Positions 37,189 through 47,314 of a DNA stretch of 64,000 bases are shown piece after piece. Position numbers and translations under genes: made by a program. The stretch's first letter is position 1. Each line of letters starts with the position of its first letter. The notes under the pieces are model-generated. The model was not told the origin of the DNA and searched no databases. It was given only the letters and a program-made list of their open reading frames with translations. This DNA comes from an uncultured Nitrospiraceae bacterium (GTDB lineage: Bacteria; Hydrogenedentota; Hydrogenedentia; Hydrogenedentales; SLHB01): positions 615 to 64,614 of the forward strand of contig CAYOCT010000039.1 of assembly GCA_964402555.1 (NCBI GenBank), in the 5' to 3' direction.

Positions 37189-39192
37189 TCATTCCACGTG
37201 GACCTGGAACGCGCCTTCGGCATCGTCGCCGTGTTTGTCCGTAATCGACAGCTTCACGGTGTAATCGCCAGGCGCTTTGTAAGCATGGTGGGCCGCGACC
37301 GCCGAAGCGTGCGATCCGTCGCCGAAGTCCCACGCCGCTTTCTTGATCGCGTCCGCCGTGTCGTACGACAGCGTGAAGCCTGCGTTGAACGGTTCCCCGA
37401 CGGACACGGGAAGGCGTCCCGAGGGTGAACGCGTGACGTCGGCGGCGTTAAAGGATTCTTCTTTCCCAACCTGTGTGTTCAACGGACGGACGGGCGGCAA
37501 TATGGCCACGGGCCCTTCGCCCACAAGAATGTCCGCGACGGCATGGACGCTTTCGAGGCACATGGCCTCGTCACAATAAGCGGCCACAATCGCGTCGGCC
37601 TCGACGAACTTGGGCAGGTTGCCCGGATAGCCGAGCGAAACCACGACGACCTTGCTGCCGTTCTCCTTGAGCGCGCGGACGAGGCGCACCTGGCCTTGCG
37701 TCTTGGCGGTGTTGGGGAAGATGCAGATGACGACGTTGAGGCCCCTGCTGTTTTCGGTGAGACGGCGGATCTCGAAGTCCTCGATGTCTCCTACGTGCTG
37801 GGCGGTTGAGATGGATTGCATGACCACGGGTTTCATGAACTTGCTCAGCAGCTTCTGCATCGCGTCGACGCCGACGACGCCGGTCACGCCGATGGGAGTC
37901 GACTCGTCCTTCTTCAATGGCAGCACGCCGCCGCGATTCTGCAGGAGCGTAATCGAGCGGCGTTCGACCTCGTAAGTCTCCTTGGGAATCCGGCCCTTGG
38001 TGGCAAGCGAGGCCGCCCGACTCTTCGACGGCAAGGGACGCTCGCGCAGGCCGGCCTCTTTCTTCAACTTCATGACGCGTTCCAGCGCATCGCGAATCCG
38101 CGCGTCGTCGAGCGTGCCCGACTCGACCGCTCTCGCGACGCCTTCGATGGCTTTCAGCACGTGCGGCCCGGCACTGCTCCAATAGAGCATGTCCGCGCCG
38201 GCGCGCAAGGCTTGGACCGCTGCCTCGTTCGGTTCGAACAGGCGCTTGATATCCGCCGCGTCCATCGGCCCGGCAACGATCACACCGTCGAATTTCAAGC
38301 CGCCGCGCAGCACGGTCTGCATGACCACAGGCGACACGCTCGCAGGGCGGCTCTCGGTGTCGACGGTCGGAACCAGCGTGTTGGCCACGTGGATCAGTTT
38401 CGCGCCGTGCTCGACAGCTTGGGCATACGGAAACAGGTCCGTTTCGGCGAGGCGCGCGCTGGGCGTCAACAATGTCGCGGGCGATTTCGGCGTGTGGTTA
38501 GCGCTTCCGCCAGGAAAGCCCATGGGCATCGAAAGGATGCCGTTGGCGTCGAGCGTTTCAAGAATACAACCGCCCGCCTGCGCGGTGAATTTCGGATTAC
38601 TGCCCAGATTCTGCACCGTGCCCACGACACCGGAAAGCGCGGGCGCCAGATCGAGCGCCGGACCGAGATTGAGATTGAACCCCATCGTCTTCAGATGATC
38701 CGCGGTAAGGCCCGCGAGACGTTTCGTCGCATCGAGGTCGGCCGAAGCCGCAATCGAAAGCAACGACGGAAGCTGGGCGAAGGTCGTCGGCGCGCCGCGG
38801 TCATGCCGGGGCAAGTCGTACACATTGGCCCCGATGAGAAGCGGCACGCCGCTAACGCTTTCGAGCGGCATTTTCCGCAACTCGGTAACGTAATCGGCCG
38901 CGTCCTGCGGTTTCACGACGACGGGTATTACGACGCCGCCGGGCGTGAACTGTTTCAGAAACGCCAGGTCCTCCTCATTGGGCGCGAACATTCCTTGCAG
39001 CGTGACCAACATCAATTGCGCCACGCGCGCGCGCAATACCATACCTTCCTGCTTCGGACTTGCTACGGGCGCAGAGCCGCCCTGAGTCTCGCGCGGCGGG
39101 GCAACAACCGTGCCGCCCAGTCCCGATGACGCGGGCTGGTCGGCGCCGATCAGCGCGGCAATTCCGAATAAGGCAAGCAGGCAGGATTGCAT
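37189..39192 (-). CDS. GH3 (NagZ/beta-hexosaminidase-like) fold protein with C-terminal PKD domain; catalytic motifs degenerate
   Basis: GFNLNLGPALDL, LKFDGVIV, GADML, RSITLLQN; PKD motif WDFGDG..HHAYKAPGDYTVKL. Confidence 0.8.
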   Translation of the reverse strand: MQSCLLALFGIAALIGADQPASSGLGGTVVAPPRETQGGSAPVASPKQEGMVLRARVAQLMLVTLQGMFAPNEEDLAFLKQFTPGGVVIPVVVKPQDAADYVTELRKMPLESVSGVPLLIGANVYDLPRHDRGAPTTFAQLPSLLSIAASADLDATKRLAGLTADHLKTMGFNLNLGPALDLAPALSGVVGTVQNLGSNPKFTAQAGGCILETLDANGILSMPMGFPGGSANHTPKSPATLLTPSARLAETDLFPYAQAVEHGAKLIHVANTLVPTVDTESRPASVSPVVMQTVLRGGLKFDGVIVAGPMDAADIKRLFEPNEAAVQALRAGADMLYWSSAGPHVLKAIEGVARAVESGTLDDARIRDALERVMKLKKEAGLRERPLPSKSRAASLATKGRIPKETYEVERRSITLLQNRGGVLPLKKDESTPIGVTGVVGVDAMQKLLSKFMKPVVMQSISTAQHVGDIEDFEIRRLTENSRGLNVVICIFPNTAKTQGQVRLVRALKENGSKVVVVSLGYPGNLPKFVEADAIVAAYCDEAMCLESVHAVADILVGEGPVAILPPVRPLNTQVGKEESFNAADVTRSPSGRLPVSVGEPFNAGFTLSYDTADAIKKAAWDFGDGSHASAVAAHHAYKAPGDYTVKLSITDKHGDDAEGAFQVHVE

Positions 39193-39300
39193 GAGAAACC
39201 ACCTCGCACCGTGTTGAACGGATTCTATCAAAGCGCGGCGGCGGACAACAGCGGCGCATCCATGCTAGAATCGTGTCCTTTGCGAGAGGAGGTCTTGCGC

Positions 39301-40032
39301 ATGCGTATCGTCGTATTCAACAGCAGTCCCCGGGCTTCGCGCGGCAACACCCACGCCATCGTCAAGGAATTTGCCGCGGGCGCGGAAGCAGCCGGCGCGG
39401 TCGTCGAGAACGTGTTTCTCGTCGACAAGAAGATCAAACCGTGTACCGGCTGCTTCGGTTGCTGGCGGAACGGGCGCGGCGCATGCGTCATCGACGACGA
39501 CATGGCCGGCCTGCTCGCGCTCTTGACCGCCACGGACGTGGCCGTGTTCGCGACGCCGCTCTATGCCGACAACGTAAGCGGCATCATGAAGCTGTTCATG
39601 GACCGCCTCATCCCGCTGCTTGACCCGCATTTCGAACTCGACTCGGGCGGCGAATGCAGGCATCTCATTCGCGACGTCTCGTTGAAGAGCAAGAAGTTCG
39701 TCGTCATCTCCAACAGCGGCTTCCCCGAGCAGAGCCAGTTCCAGGTATTGCGTCTCTTGTTCAGGCGGCTCGCGCGCAACTCGTCATCGGAACTCGTCGG
39801 CGAGATCTATCGCGGCGGTGGCGAACTGTTCGGCGCGAAGAACGCCATCGTTTACAAGCTGCTCGAAACCTACTGCGAACTCGTCCGTAGCGCCGGACGC
39901 GAACTCGTCGAGACCGGATACATCTCCGAAGCGACCAGCGCCGAGCTCGAAAAAGAGATCGTCCCGCGCGATCTGTACATCGAACACGCGAATCGCTGGT
40001 GGGACGCGGAAATACGCCGAGCTCAGCGATAG
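39301..40032 (+). CDS. Flavodoxin family / iron-sulfur flavoprotein (FMN reductase-like)
   Basis: NSSPR..GNT, CTGCFGCW...C, ATPLY, KLFMDRL. Confidence 0.88.
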   Translation: MRIVVFNSSPRASRGNTHAIVKEFAAGAEAAGAVVENVFLVDKKIKPCTGCFGCWRNGRGACVIDDDMAGLLALLTATDVAVFATPLYADNVSGIMKLFMDRLIPLLDPHFELDSGGECRHLIRDVSLKSKKFVVISNSGFPEQSQFQVLRLLFRRLARNSSSELVGEIYRGGGELFGAKNAIVYKLLETYCELVRSAGRELVETGYISEATSAELEKEIVPRDLYIEHANRWWDAEIRRAQR

Positions 40033-40086
40033 AGATCGTTCAACGAGCATGCTTATCGCTGCCATGGGAGATGACGGGCTGAACGG

Positions 40087-40701
40087 TTAGAGGCCTGCTG
40101 CCTTGGCCATGGCCAACATCTCGTCCAGCATCTTCTTAAGATATGGGCATTTCGCGTACGCGACATTGGGGTCGAGCCGGTCGAACAATTCCTTCCCGTG
40201 CCTCACTTTCATGTACGTCCGCTTCGTCTTTTCCTCGTAGAGGCGGGCAAGGAGCTTCGCGGGCGGCTCGTCGAAGTTCACTTCTTCCGGATGCTGAACC
40301 TTTCCTGGGAAAGCGTTTCTGACTTCGGGGGGAAAGAGATCCGGATTGCTCAGCAACCACGCCTCAGTTTCATGAACCGCGAAGAATTGGCGGAAACGAG
40401 CATCCCCGACTTTGGTTTCGAGATCCGCCTTAGCCCACTGAAACCGCTCGTCCACGGTCGTCATGCTCTTGGGATAGAATGTCGGACCATAGAGATCGAT
40501 AAGCGCGATGACACCAATAACATCGGAACTTTCGAGGTGCATCTTCGCTTTCTTCGGAGAATCCTTGACGAGTTGGGGCCAACCGGTGAAACGCACTGCC
40601 TGGACTCCCACCGTCTTCTTAAGCTTCGGATCCAGCCAGTGTTTCAGAAAACTCGGAAGACACTTTTCCGTCGGGCCCTCAACGAAGAGGACGAACTTCA
40701 T
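40087..40701 (-). CDS. DUF4276-family protein (TOPRIM-like)
   Basis: FVEGPTE, IDLYG, HETEAWLL, Y.KVRHG, CPYL. Confidence 0.8.
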   Translation of the reverse strand: MKFVLFVEGPTEKCLPSFLKHWLDPKLKKTVGVQAVRFTGWPQLVKDSPKKAKMHLESSDVIGVIALIDLYGPTFYPKSMTTVDERFQWAKADLETKVGDARFRQFFAVHETEAWLLSNPDLFPPEVRNAFPGKVQHPEEVNFDEPPAKLLARLYEEKTKRTYMKVRHGKELFDRLDPNVAYAKCPYLKKMLDEMLAMAKAAGL

Positions 40702-41891
40702 TCCATGTCCTCCAGTTCGCCTGACTGGAACAGCGACCCAAGCGAGTATTCCTTCAACCAGCGGGCAAGAGTGTCGCCATCAAGTGTCTTCAGGACCGTT
40801 TGTCCATCCGACCACTTCGCGACGGTGGTCAGGGGTTTGGTCTCGCCGAATGCGTCCAGGAATTGGGGGGAATGAGTTGTCAAGATAACCTGCGTGCGTC
40901 GCGACGCGTCGACGGCATACTCGGCAACGATCGGCAACATCGAGGGATGCAGTCCGGTCTCGGGTTCATCGATGGCGATCAGATTGGGCGGCATCGGCGA
41001 CGCCAGAGCCGCGATAAGAAATAGGAATCGAAGCGTTCCATCCGAAAGGTCCGCCGCCGATTGTTCGCGGCGCAACGACTTCCATCGCACCCGTAACTGA
41101 ACACGCTGATCAGCGGCAGGCGGGAAAACAAGCTCGTCGTAGTCGTCGCCGAACGCCGCCCGCATCGCAGCGTCTACGTCTTTCTTAAAATCGCGCTCCC
41201 CCGTATAGAGCGTGTGCAATACTGGAATAAGGTTCTGGCCATCACCATCAAGCTTGGTCTCGGTTCGCGCAATCGCAGGAAGCCGCAAAGGCGCTTCAGT
41301 ATCGACGCGGATATCGTGATAGATGTACCAATCTGCGAGCACTGCGCCAAAGGTACCTACCACAAGATTGCGCTCAAAAGGTCCCGCCAGTTGAGAAAGA
41401 ACCGTTTCTTCGTCTCTCAATGCTCCGACCAATTCGACACGCTGAGACTCACCCTCATTGAGTATCGTTGCTCGACTACTCGAGCGGTCGAGCAGCGCAG
41501 ATTCTAGAGGCCAGGGCCACTGTTCACTGGATGTCGTTTCCGGGTCAAACATTAGCGCTTCTTTTTCTATCCGGTAGGACACACCCAGTCCGACAGGCGC
41601 CATTTCCAATAAATAGGAAAGAGAATCGTCGTGTGTCTTCAAGATCCCTGCGTTCAAAGCGAAACGAATCCCCTCAGCGGCCCCGTCCCAAAGCACGGCG
41701 AGCAATCCGCCCGAACGCCGGACAAGTTTGCCCAGTCCTCCTCTCGCAGAAATCGACAGAAGTTCAAGACTGCGAAGGAGATTCGATTTGCCCGAACCAT
41801 TGGGACCAATAATGACATTGAGAGCGCCGGGTTCCCAGACCACGTCCTTCAAGGAGCGGTATCCTTGAACGTGAAGATAACGTACACCCAT
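40698..41891 (-). CDS. AAA_21-type ABC-like ATPase
   Basis: GYRSL, IGPNGSGKSN, LSDGTLRF, IDEPETGLHP, TTHSP. Overlaps DUF4276 gene by 4 nt. Confidence 0.9.
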   Translation of the reverse strand: MGVRYLHVQGYRSLKDVVWEPGALNVIIGPNGSGKSNLLRSLELLSISARGGLGKLVRRSGGLLAVLWDGAAEGIRFALNAGILKTHDDSLSYLLEMAPVGLGVSYRIEKEALMFDPETTSSEQWPWPLESALLDRSSSRATILNEGESQRVELVGALRDEETVLSQLAGPFERNLVVGTFGAVLADWYIYHDIRVDTEAPLRLPAIARTETKLDGDGQNLIPVLHTLYTGERDFKKDVDAAMRAAFGDDYDELVFPPAADQRVQLRVRWKSLRREQSAADLSDGTLRFLFLIAALASPMPPNLIAIDEPETGLHPSMLPIVAEYAVDASRRTQVILTTHSPQFLDAFGETKPLTTVAKWSDGQTVLKTLDGDTLARWLKEYSLGSLFQSGELEDME

Positions 41892-41989
41892 GGGCGGCCT
41901 CCCAACGCTGTCCTATTGCGAGCTTCGTGTCGCCGGAAGAATAGCGGCAGGCTTGCGCCGCAATCAAACCTTTGCGCAAGCTGGCGAGG

Positions 41990-44572
41990 CTATTGCATGA
42001 GAACAGTGCTCGTCTTGCATACTCGCGTCGCCGTAGGCTCAAGATCCAGTAGCGCGATAATCTCGCGGGGTTTGGCGAGTTTACCTTCGGTGGCTCGGGT
42101 ACTGAACCGAATGCTGGTCGTGTCTGTTTGTCCTTCGAGCGTGAGAAGCTCTGTCACAAAAGGACGAATGTCGAGTTGAACCGTTCCGTGGCTCTTCCTC
42201 GGTCCGGTAGGGCGGCCTTTGCGTTCGACATGAATGGTATCTTGTGCGAGAAGCGCGTCGATGCGGGATTGGATCTCTTCGGGCTCGCCTTCGGTGCGAA
42301 TGAGGTAGTCGAAACCGATGACGGCGCTCATGAGCGATGGGGCGTTGATCGGGACTTCGTTCGCTTCGTAGGCGTGAAATCCGGGCGGGAGGGTCGCGCA
42401 GAGACGTTCGAGGAGCGCGGCCGGATCGACAATGCGGCGGAGCACGATATCCATGTAGTCGTCTTCGGATTCCTCGCCGACGGGCGGCGCGGTCGCGAAG
42501 GTGACTTTCGGATGCGCGTGGAACCCTTGCGAATACGCGAGCGGCGCTTGCGCCCGGCGTAAGGCGCGCGACCATGCGCTCATCCATTCGAGGTTGGACA
42601 GGAACCGAGCCTCGTCGTTGCGTCCGATCCTAAACCGGACGCGTTGCGCCGGGGGCGGTTCGACGCGCTCGGGCCATTGCGGCAGCACGGCGTCGGCGTC
42701 GACCTTCGCTCCTTGCGCGGCGGCATCGCACATCTCGTTGCACAATCCCGGTATGCGGTCGCGCAGGCCGCATTGATGGCAGGTACCGGTCCGGCAATCG
42801 GGCGTCCGCGCGAGTTCGAGCGCGCGCTCCCACTCTATCCGAAACCACGCCTTCGGAATCAGCGGATCGATGTGGTCCCACGGCAGCCGCTCGTCCAGCG
42901 CGCGTTCGCGAAACGCGCCGGGCACGTCGAATCCGGTTTCGTCGATCGCGTCGAGCCATGCCTGGAAATGGAGGTACTCGGTTGACGAATCGAGCCGCGC
43001 GCCGCGGCGGTACGCGGCCTCGACGAGATCGGCGGCGCGGCGGTCGGCGCGCGCGAGCAGGCCTTCGAGGAAACTGGTCTCGGGTTCGTGACGTCCGAAC
43101 TTGATAGACCTGTGTTTGGCGAACGCCTGGCCGAGAATCGCCTGGCGGCGCTGGATTTCTTCGTAACCAATTTGGGCCGCCCATTGAAACGGCGTGAACG
43201 GTTTCGGTACGAAGGTCGATACGCCGGTGTGGATCTTCGCGCGCGGCGAGACGGCGCGACCCGCCTGCAACGTCCTCACGCACAGGTCCGCGATGGCCTC
43301 GACATCTTCGTCTTGTTCGGTGGGCAGGCCAATCATGAAATAGCACTTGACGTGCTGCCAGCCACGCCGGAACGCTTCGGAAGCCACGGCGAACAAGGTC
43401 TCATCCTCATACCACTTGTTGATGACGGCGCGCATGCGCGGGGTTGCGGCCTCCGGCGCGAACGTTAGGCCGCTCCGTCGAATGTCGGCGACGGCGTCGG
43501 CGAGTTCGACGGAGAACGTGTCGAGCCGTAGCGACGGGATCGAGACTGCGGCGTCCAATGCGCGCGCGCGTTGCGCCGTCTGCGCGAGGAGCGTCCTGGC
43601 GCACGGGTAATCGCACGTGGATAGCGAGAGGAGTGAGATTTCCTCGTAGCCGGTAGCCGCGAGCGTCTCCTCCATCAGTTGTTCGATCGTTTCGATCCCG
43701 CGCGCGCGGACCGGACGTCCGATCATCCCCGCATGGCAAAACCGGCACCCGTGCGTACAACCGCGAAAGACTTCAAGGCCGGGACGGTCGTGAATGAGTT
43801 GGGCATAAGGAACGATGTGCCGCGTCGGAAAGGACGCGGCGTCGAGATTCTTGACGACGCGCCGCACAATCTTCGGCGCCGACTCGCTCGGCACGACGCT
43901 CCCGTCGGGCAACGTCTCGAACGGGTAGCGCTCCGGCACGTACACGCCCGGGATGCATGCGAAGGCGTCCAGTCTCTCGGCGCGCGATGCGTTGCGAACC
44001 GTAAGGGCTGTTTGCGCAATCTCGACAATCGCTTCCTCGCCGTCGCCAATGACGAAGAAATCGATGAAGGGCGCCATCGGTTCGGGATTGAACGCACACG
44101 GACCGCCCGCAAACACGAGCGGATAATCGTCCCCGCGTTGATTCGATCGCAACGGGATATCGGCCAGGTTAAGAATGTTGAGCACGCTGGTGTAGGTCAG
44201 TTCGGACTGGAGCGAGAACCCGATTAGGTCCATCGCGCGAAGCGGGTCTTTCGATTCGAGCGCGAACAACGGCAAGCCGCGTTCACGCAAGGCCGCTTCC
44301 ATGTCCGGCGCGGGCGCATATACGCGTTCCGCCCAACACCACGGCAGCCCATTGAGGATGGTGTAGAGCATATGGAGGCCGAGATTCCCGAGGCCAAGGT
44401 CGTACAGGTCGGGAAACGCAAGCGCGACGCGGAGTTCCACGTCACGCGGGTCCTTATGCACCGAATGAAGTTCCGTTCCAAGATACCGCGACGGTTTTGT
44501 AACCGCCGGGAGAATCGCACTGTTCAGGATATTCCTAAGATTCACACACGTACTCCCACAGCCCTGCCTCAT
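41990..44572 (-). CDS. TIGR03960-type radical SAM protein fused to TIGR03936-type domain
   Basis: KPSRYLGTE, WAERVYAP, FRGCTHGCRFC (CxxxCxxC), YFMIGLPTE; C-terminal RFLSNLE..YSQGFHAHPK. ATG 44572 after AGGAGG. Confidence 0.9.
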   Translation of the reverse strand: MRQGCGSTCVNLRNILNSAILPAVTKPSRYLGTELHSVHKDPRDVELRVALAFPDLYDLGLGNLGLHMLYTILNGLPWCWAERVYAPAPDMEAALRERGLPLFALESKDPLRAMDLIGFSLQSELTYTSVLNILNLADIPLRSNQRGDDYPLVFAGGPCAFNPEPMAPFIDFFVIGDGEEAIVEIAQTALTVRNASRAERLDAFACIPGVYVPERYPFETLPDGSVVPSESAPKIVRRVVKNLDAASFPTRHIVPYAQLIHDRPGLEVFRGCTHGCRFCHAGMIGRPVRARGIETIEQLMEETLAATGYEEISLLSLSTCDYPCARTLLAQTAQRARALDAAVSIPSLRLDTFSVELADAVADIRRSGLTFAPEAATPRMRAVINKWYEDETLFAVASEAFRRGWQHVKCYFMIGLPTEQDEDVEAIADLCVRTLQAGRAVSPRAKIHTGVSTFVPKPFTPFQWAAQIGYEEIQRRQAILGQAFAKHRSIKFGRHEPETSFLEGLLARADRRAADLVEAAYRRGARLDSSTEYLHFQAWLDAIDETGFDVPGAFRERALDERLPWDHIDPLIPKAWFRIEWERALELARTPDCRTGTCHQCGLRDRIPGLCNEMCDAAAQGAKVDADAVLPQWPERVEPPPAQRVRFRIGRNDEARFLSNLEWMSAWSRALRRAQAPLAYSQGFHAHPKVTFATAPPVGEESEDDYMDIVLRRIVDPAALLERLCATLPPGFHAYEANEVPINAPSLMSAVIGFDYLIRTEGEPEEIQSRIDALLAQDTIHVERKGRPTGPRKSHGTVQLDIRPFVTELLTLEGQTDTTSIRFSTRATEGKLAKPREIIALLDLEPTATRVCKTSTVLMQ

Positions 44573-44653
44573 TACGCCTCCTCCTGTTCTGAACGAAAAG
44601 AAACAGCGGAGTATTTCCAATGTCATTGCGGGCAGGAATAACGACAACTTGAG

Positions 44654-45895
44654 TCATGAATGAGGCGTGGCTCGATGGGGATATTTCGTCGCGACGTAGG
44701 TGTCGATGATGCCCTGAAAGGCGGGTGCGAGTTCCTCGCACGTGCCGCACAGGGTCGTCACTTTGACGCCGTCGACGTACACGGGACAATGCGGCGATTC
44801 GCCGGCGCCCGGGAGGCTGATGCCTATGTTGGCCGCTTTGGACTCGCCCGGGCCGTTGACGACGCAGCCCATGACGGCCAGCGTCATCGTCTCGACGCCA
44901 TCGTACGCGCGCCGCCACTCGGGCATCTTCGCGCGCACGTAGGTTTCAACCTGTTCCGCGAGGCGCTGGAACACCGTGCTCGTCGTGCGGCCGCATCCCG
45001 GACACGACGTGATGCTCGGCGAGAAGGAGCGCAGACCCAGCGACTGAAGCAACTCGAACGCGGCGTACACTTCCTCACGCCGGTCGCCGCCGACGCGCGG
45101 GGTAAGCGACACGCGCACGGTATCGCCGATGCCTTCTTCCAGAAGGATACCCATCGCCACCGACGACCACACTAGGCCGCGCATGCCCATGCCCGCTTCG
45201 GTCAGCCCGATGTGCAGCGGCTGATCGGTGCGGCGCGCGAGTTCGCGGTGCAGATCTATCAGATGCCGGGGCGTCGAACTCTTGCACGAGATGACGATTT
45301 GGTCCTTGCGCACGCCGCACTCGAGGGCGAGTTCCGTCGAACGCAGGGCGGACTCGATCATGCACGCGTTCATGATCTCTTCCGAAGTCTTGTCGAGGCC
45401 GCGATCAGTGTTCTCGCGCATCGCCTCGGCCACAAGGTCCTGGTTGAGCGAGCCGACGTTGACGCCGATCCGGATCGCCTTCCCGTTGTCGATGGCGGCT
45501 TTGCAGATTTCCGAGAACCGCGCGTCGCGCGTGTGCTCGCCCCCCACATTGCCGGGGTTGATCCGGTACTTGTCCAGGGCGCGCGCGCACTCGGGATGCT
45601 CCGCGAGCAACTTGTGTCCGTTGTAATGAAAGTCGCCCACGATAGGCGCCGTGCAACCGGCATCCCGCACGCGAGCGACGATCTCGGCCACCGCCGCCGC
45701 CGCTTCCTGCGTGTTCACCGTGATGCGGACCAGTTCGGACCCCGCTTCCGCCAGCGCAAGCACCTGGTACACGGTCGCGTCGATATCGGCCGTGCTCGTG
45801 TTCGTCATCGACTGCACGACGATGGGCGCGCCGCCGCCGATAACGACGTTGCCGACACGAACGGCGGTCGTCTCGCGGCGTGGAATCGAGGGCAT
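44654..45895 (-). CDS. ispG: Flavodoxin-dependent HMBPP synthase IspG
   Basis: VQSMTNT, VGDFHYNG, RINPGN, RIGVN.GSL, HIGLTEAG, CPGCGRT, VMGCVVNGPGE. Confidence 0.97.
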   Translation of the reverse strand: MPSIPRRETTAVRVGNVVIGGGAPIVVQSMTNTSTADIDATVYQVLALAEAGSELVRITVNTQEAAAAVAEIVARVRDAGCTAPIVGDFHYNGHKLLAEHPECARALDKYRINPGNVGGEHTRDARFSEICKAAIDNGKAIRIGVNVGSLNQDLVAEAMRENTDRGLDKTSEEIMNACMIESALRSTELALECGVRKDQIVISCKSSTPRHLIDLHRELARRTDQPLHIGLTEAGMGMRGLVWSSVAMGILLEEGIGDTVRVSLTPRVGGDRREEVYAAFELLQSLGLRSFSPSITSCPGCGRTTSTVFQRLAEQVETYVRAKMPEWRRAYDGVETMTLAVMGCVVNGPGESKAANIGISLPGAGESPHCPVYVDGVKVTTLCGTCEELAPAFQGIIDTYVATKYPHRATPHS

Positions 45896-45989
45896 CTACG
45901 CAGTTTCCTTTCGAAGGTTGGCGAACACAGCGTACCGTGTTGTGACACGATTGCGCAAGCGAACGGCCCGTGGCAAGGCGTTTGTTGCG

Positions 45990-47006
45990 CTAGCTGCGAC
46001 TCGTTTTGCCCGTCCCCCCGTCACGCCACGCCTGAGGCGAAAGACCGGTCCACCGCTTGAACCTCCTCGAAAAATAGCTGGAATCCTGGAAGCCCGCGCG
46101 GGAAGCGATTTCGTGCACGGCCAAGGCCGTGTTTCGCAAGAGCGTCTTGGCGAGGTCCATGCGCTGCTCGGTCAGGAAGGCGTTGAACGGCGCGCCCGTT
46201 TCCGCGTGGAACATCCTCGAGAAATGGTTGGGCGTCAGATGCGCGGCGCGGGCCAGGAGAGCCACGCTGAAGGGAAAGGCAGGGTCCTTGCGCACGAGGG
46301 ACACGACCAGATCGAACAGGCTGGGCGCTTTGCCGCCGGCTTGCTTGGGCGCCGCATGGGCGCGGGCCAGGGCGAGCGCGTCCTGCAGGCGGGAGGCCAC
46401 GAGATCCTCTTCCGACATGGAGGCCCCGTCGCGCAGGTCCATCGCATTGAGCCGGCGCGCTACAGACCGTTCAATCTCTCCCATCGTCGCCGCGGTTACA
46501 TCCAGAATACCCCGCATGACCTGTTCGGCGTCCGGCGTGAGTACGGGCAAACGGTAGTAGGCCTCGCGCAATCCATCGAGGTCCACTCCCGCCGCGCGCG
46601 CATGCATGCGGATTGCCCGCCATCCCTCCGCGCGATCCACGGGCGCGAAGGCGCATGAGGCCACGACGAGCCGCACGTTCGTTCCAGGCGCCGACGGAGG
46701 CACGGCCGTCGCAAGCACGGTGATACCGCCGTGGCAACTGTGCCTGGATAGGCCGCTATAGCGCGCCGTGAGCGAGACCAGGCGGCGGCATGTGGCGCAT
46801 TGATGCTGGCCACGGTGCGTGCGACCGAAACGCTCGCAGAACGGAGACCGCGGCCTCGTACCGCCCGACAGCGAGAGACGTTTGACTTGTTCTTCGACTT
46901 CCAGGAGCACCGCCATGCGCGCGCCCACTACGGCATGGGCCATGGCTTCGAGACGAACCATCGTGACGCTGTTCTTGATGGCGGAATGCAGCAGGTGTTC
47001 GATCAT
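45990..47006 (-). CDS. AraC-family regulator with PocR-like sensor domain
   Basis: N-terminal FC...C...CHGG pattern; C-terminal HFSRMF..ETG, EIASRAGFQDSSYFSRRFK. Confidence 0.88.
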   Translation of the reverse strand: MIEHLLHSAIKNSVTMVRLEAMAHAVVGARMAVLLEVEEQVKRLSLSGGTRPRSPFCERFGRTHRGQHQCATCRRLVSLTARYSGLSRHSCHGGITVLATAVPPSAPGTNVRLVVASCAFAPVDRAEGWRAIRMHARAAGVDLDGLREAYYRLPVLTPDAEQVMRGILDVTAATMGEIERSVARRLNAMDLRDGASMSEEDLVASRLQDALALARAHAAPKQAGGKAPSLFDLVVSLVRKDPAFPFSVALLARAAHLTPNHFSRMFHAETGAPFNAFLTEQRMDLAKTLLRNTALAVHEIASRAGFQDSSYFSRRFKRWTGLSPQAWRDGGTGKTSRS

Positions 47007-47314
47007 CCTCTATCCTCTTTCGCAATTGCACTTCGATGATAGGCGATCCGCGACGGAATTCCAACGTTTTCAACGGGACACGACAGAAAAGTCCTCGACG
47101 CCGCAGAAATGTCCATTGCGGACGTCCATTCCCCTTGTTAGCATCGCGCAGGGAATACGGTGCTTTTATGTGGGACAGCCGGGACGCAAAGGCCGCGCCT
47201 GAGGGGCCGTGGCTGGCGTCGCGAGACGGCTGCTTTGCAGGAAGGGGCCGCCGGTCATGTGATCCGGGACACGGCTCCCCACGTGGTGGTTGGGACTATG
47301 AAGGGAGGTACATC

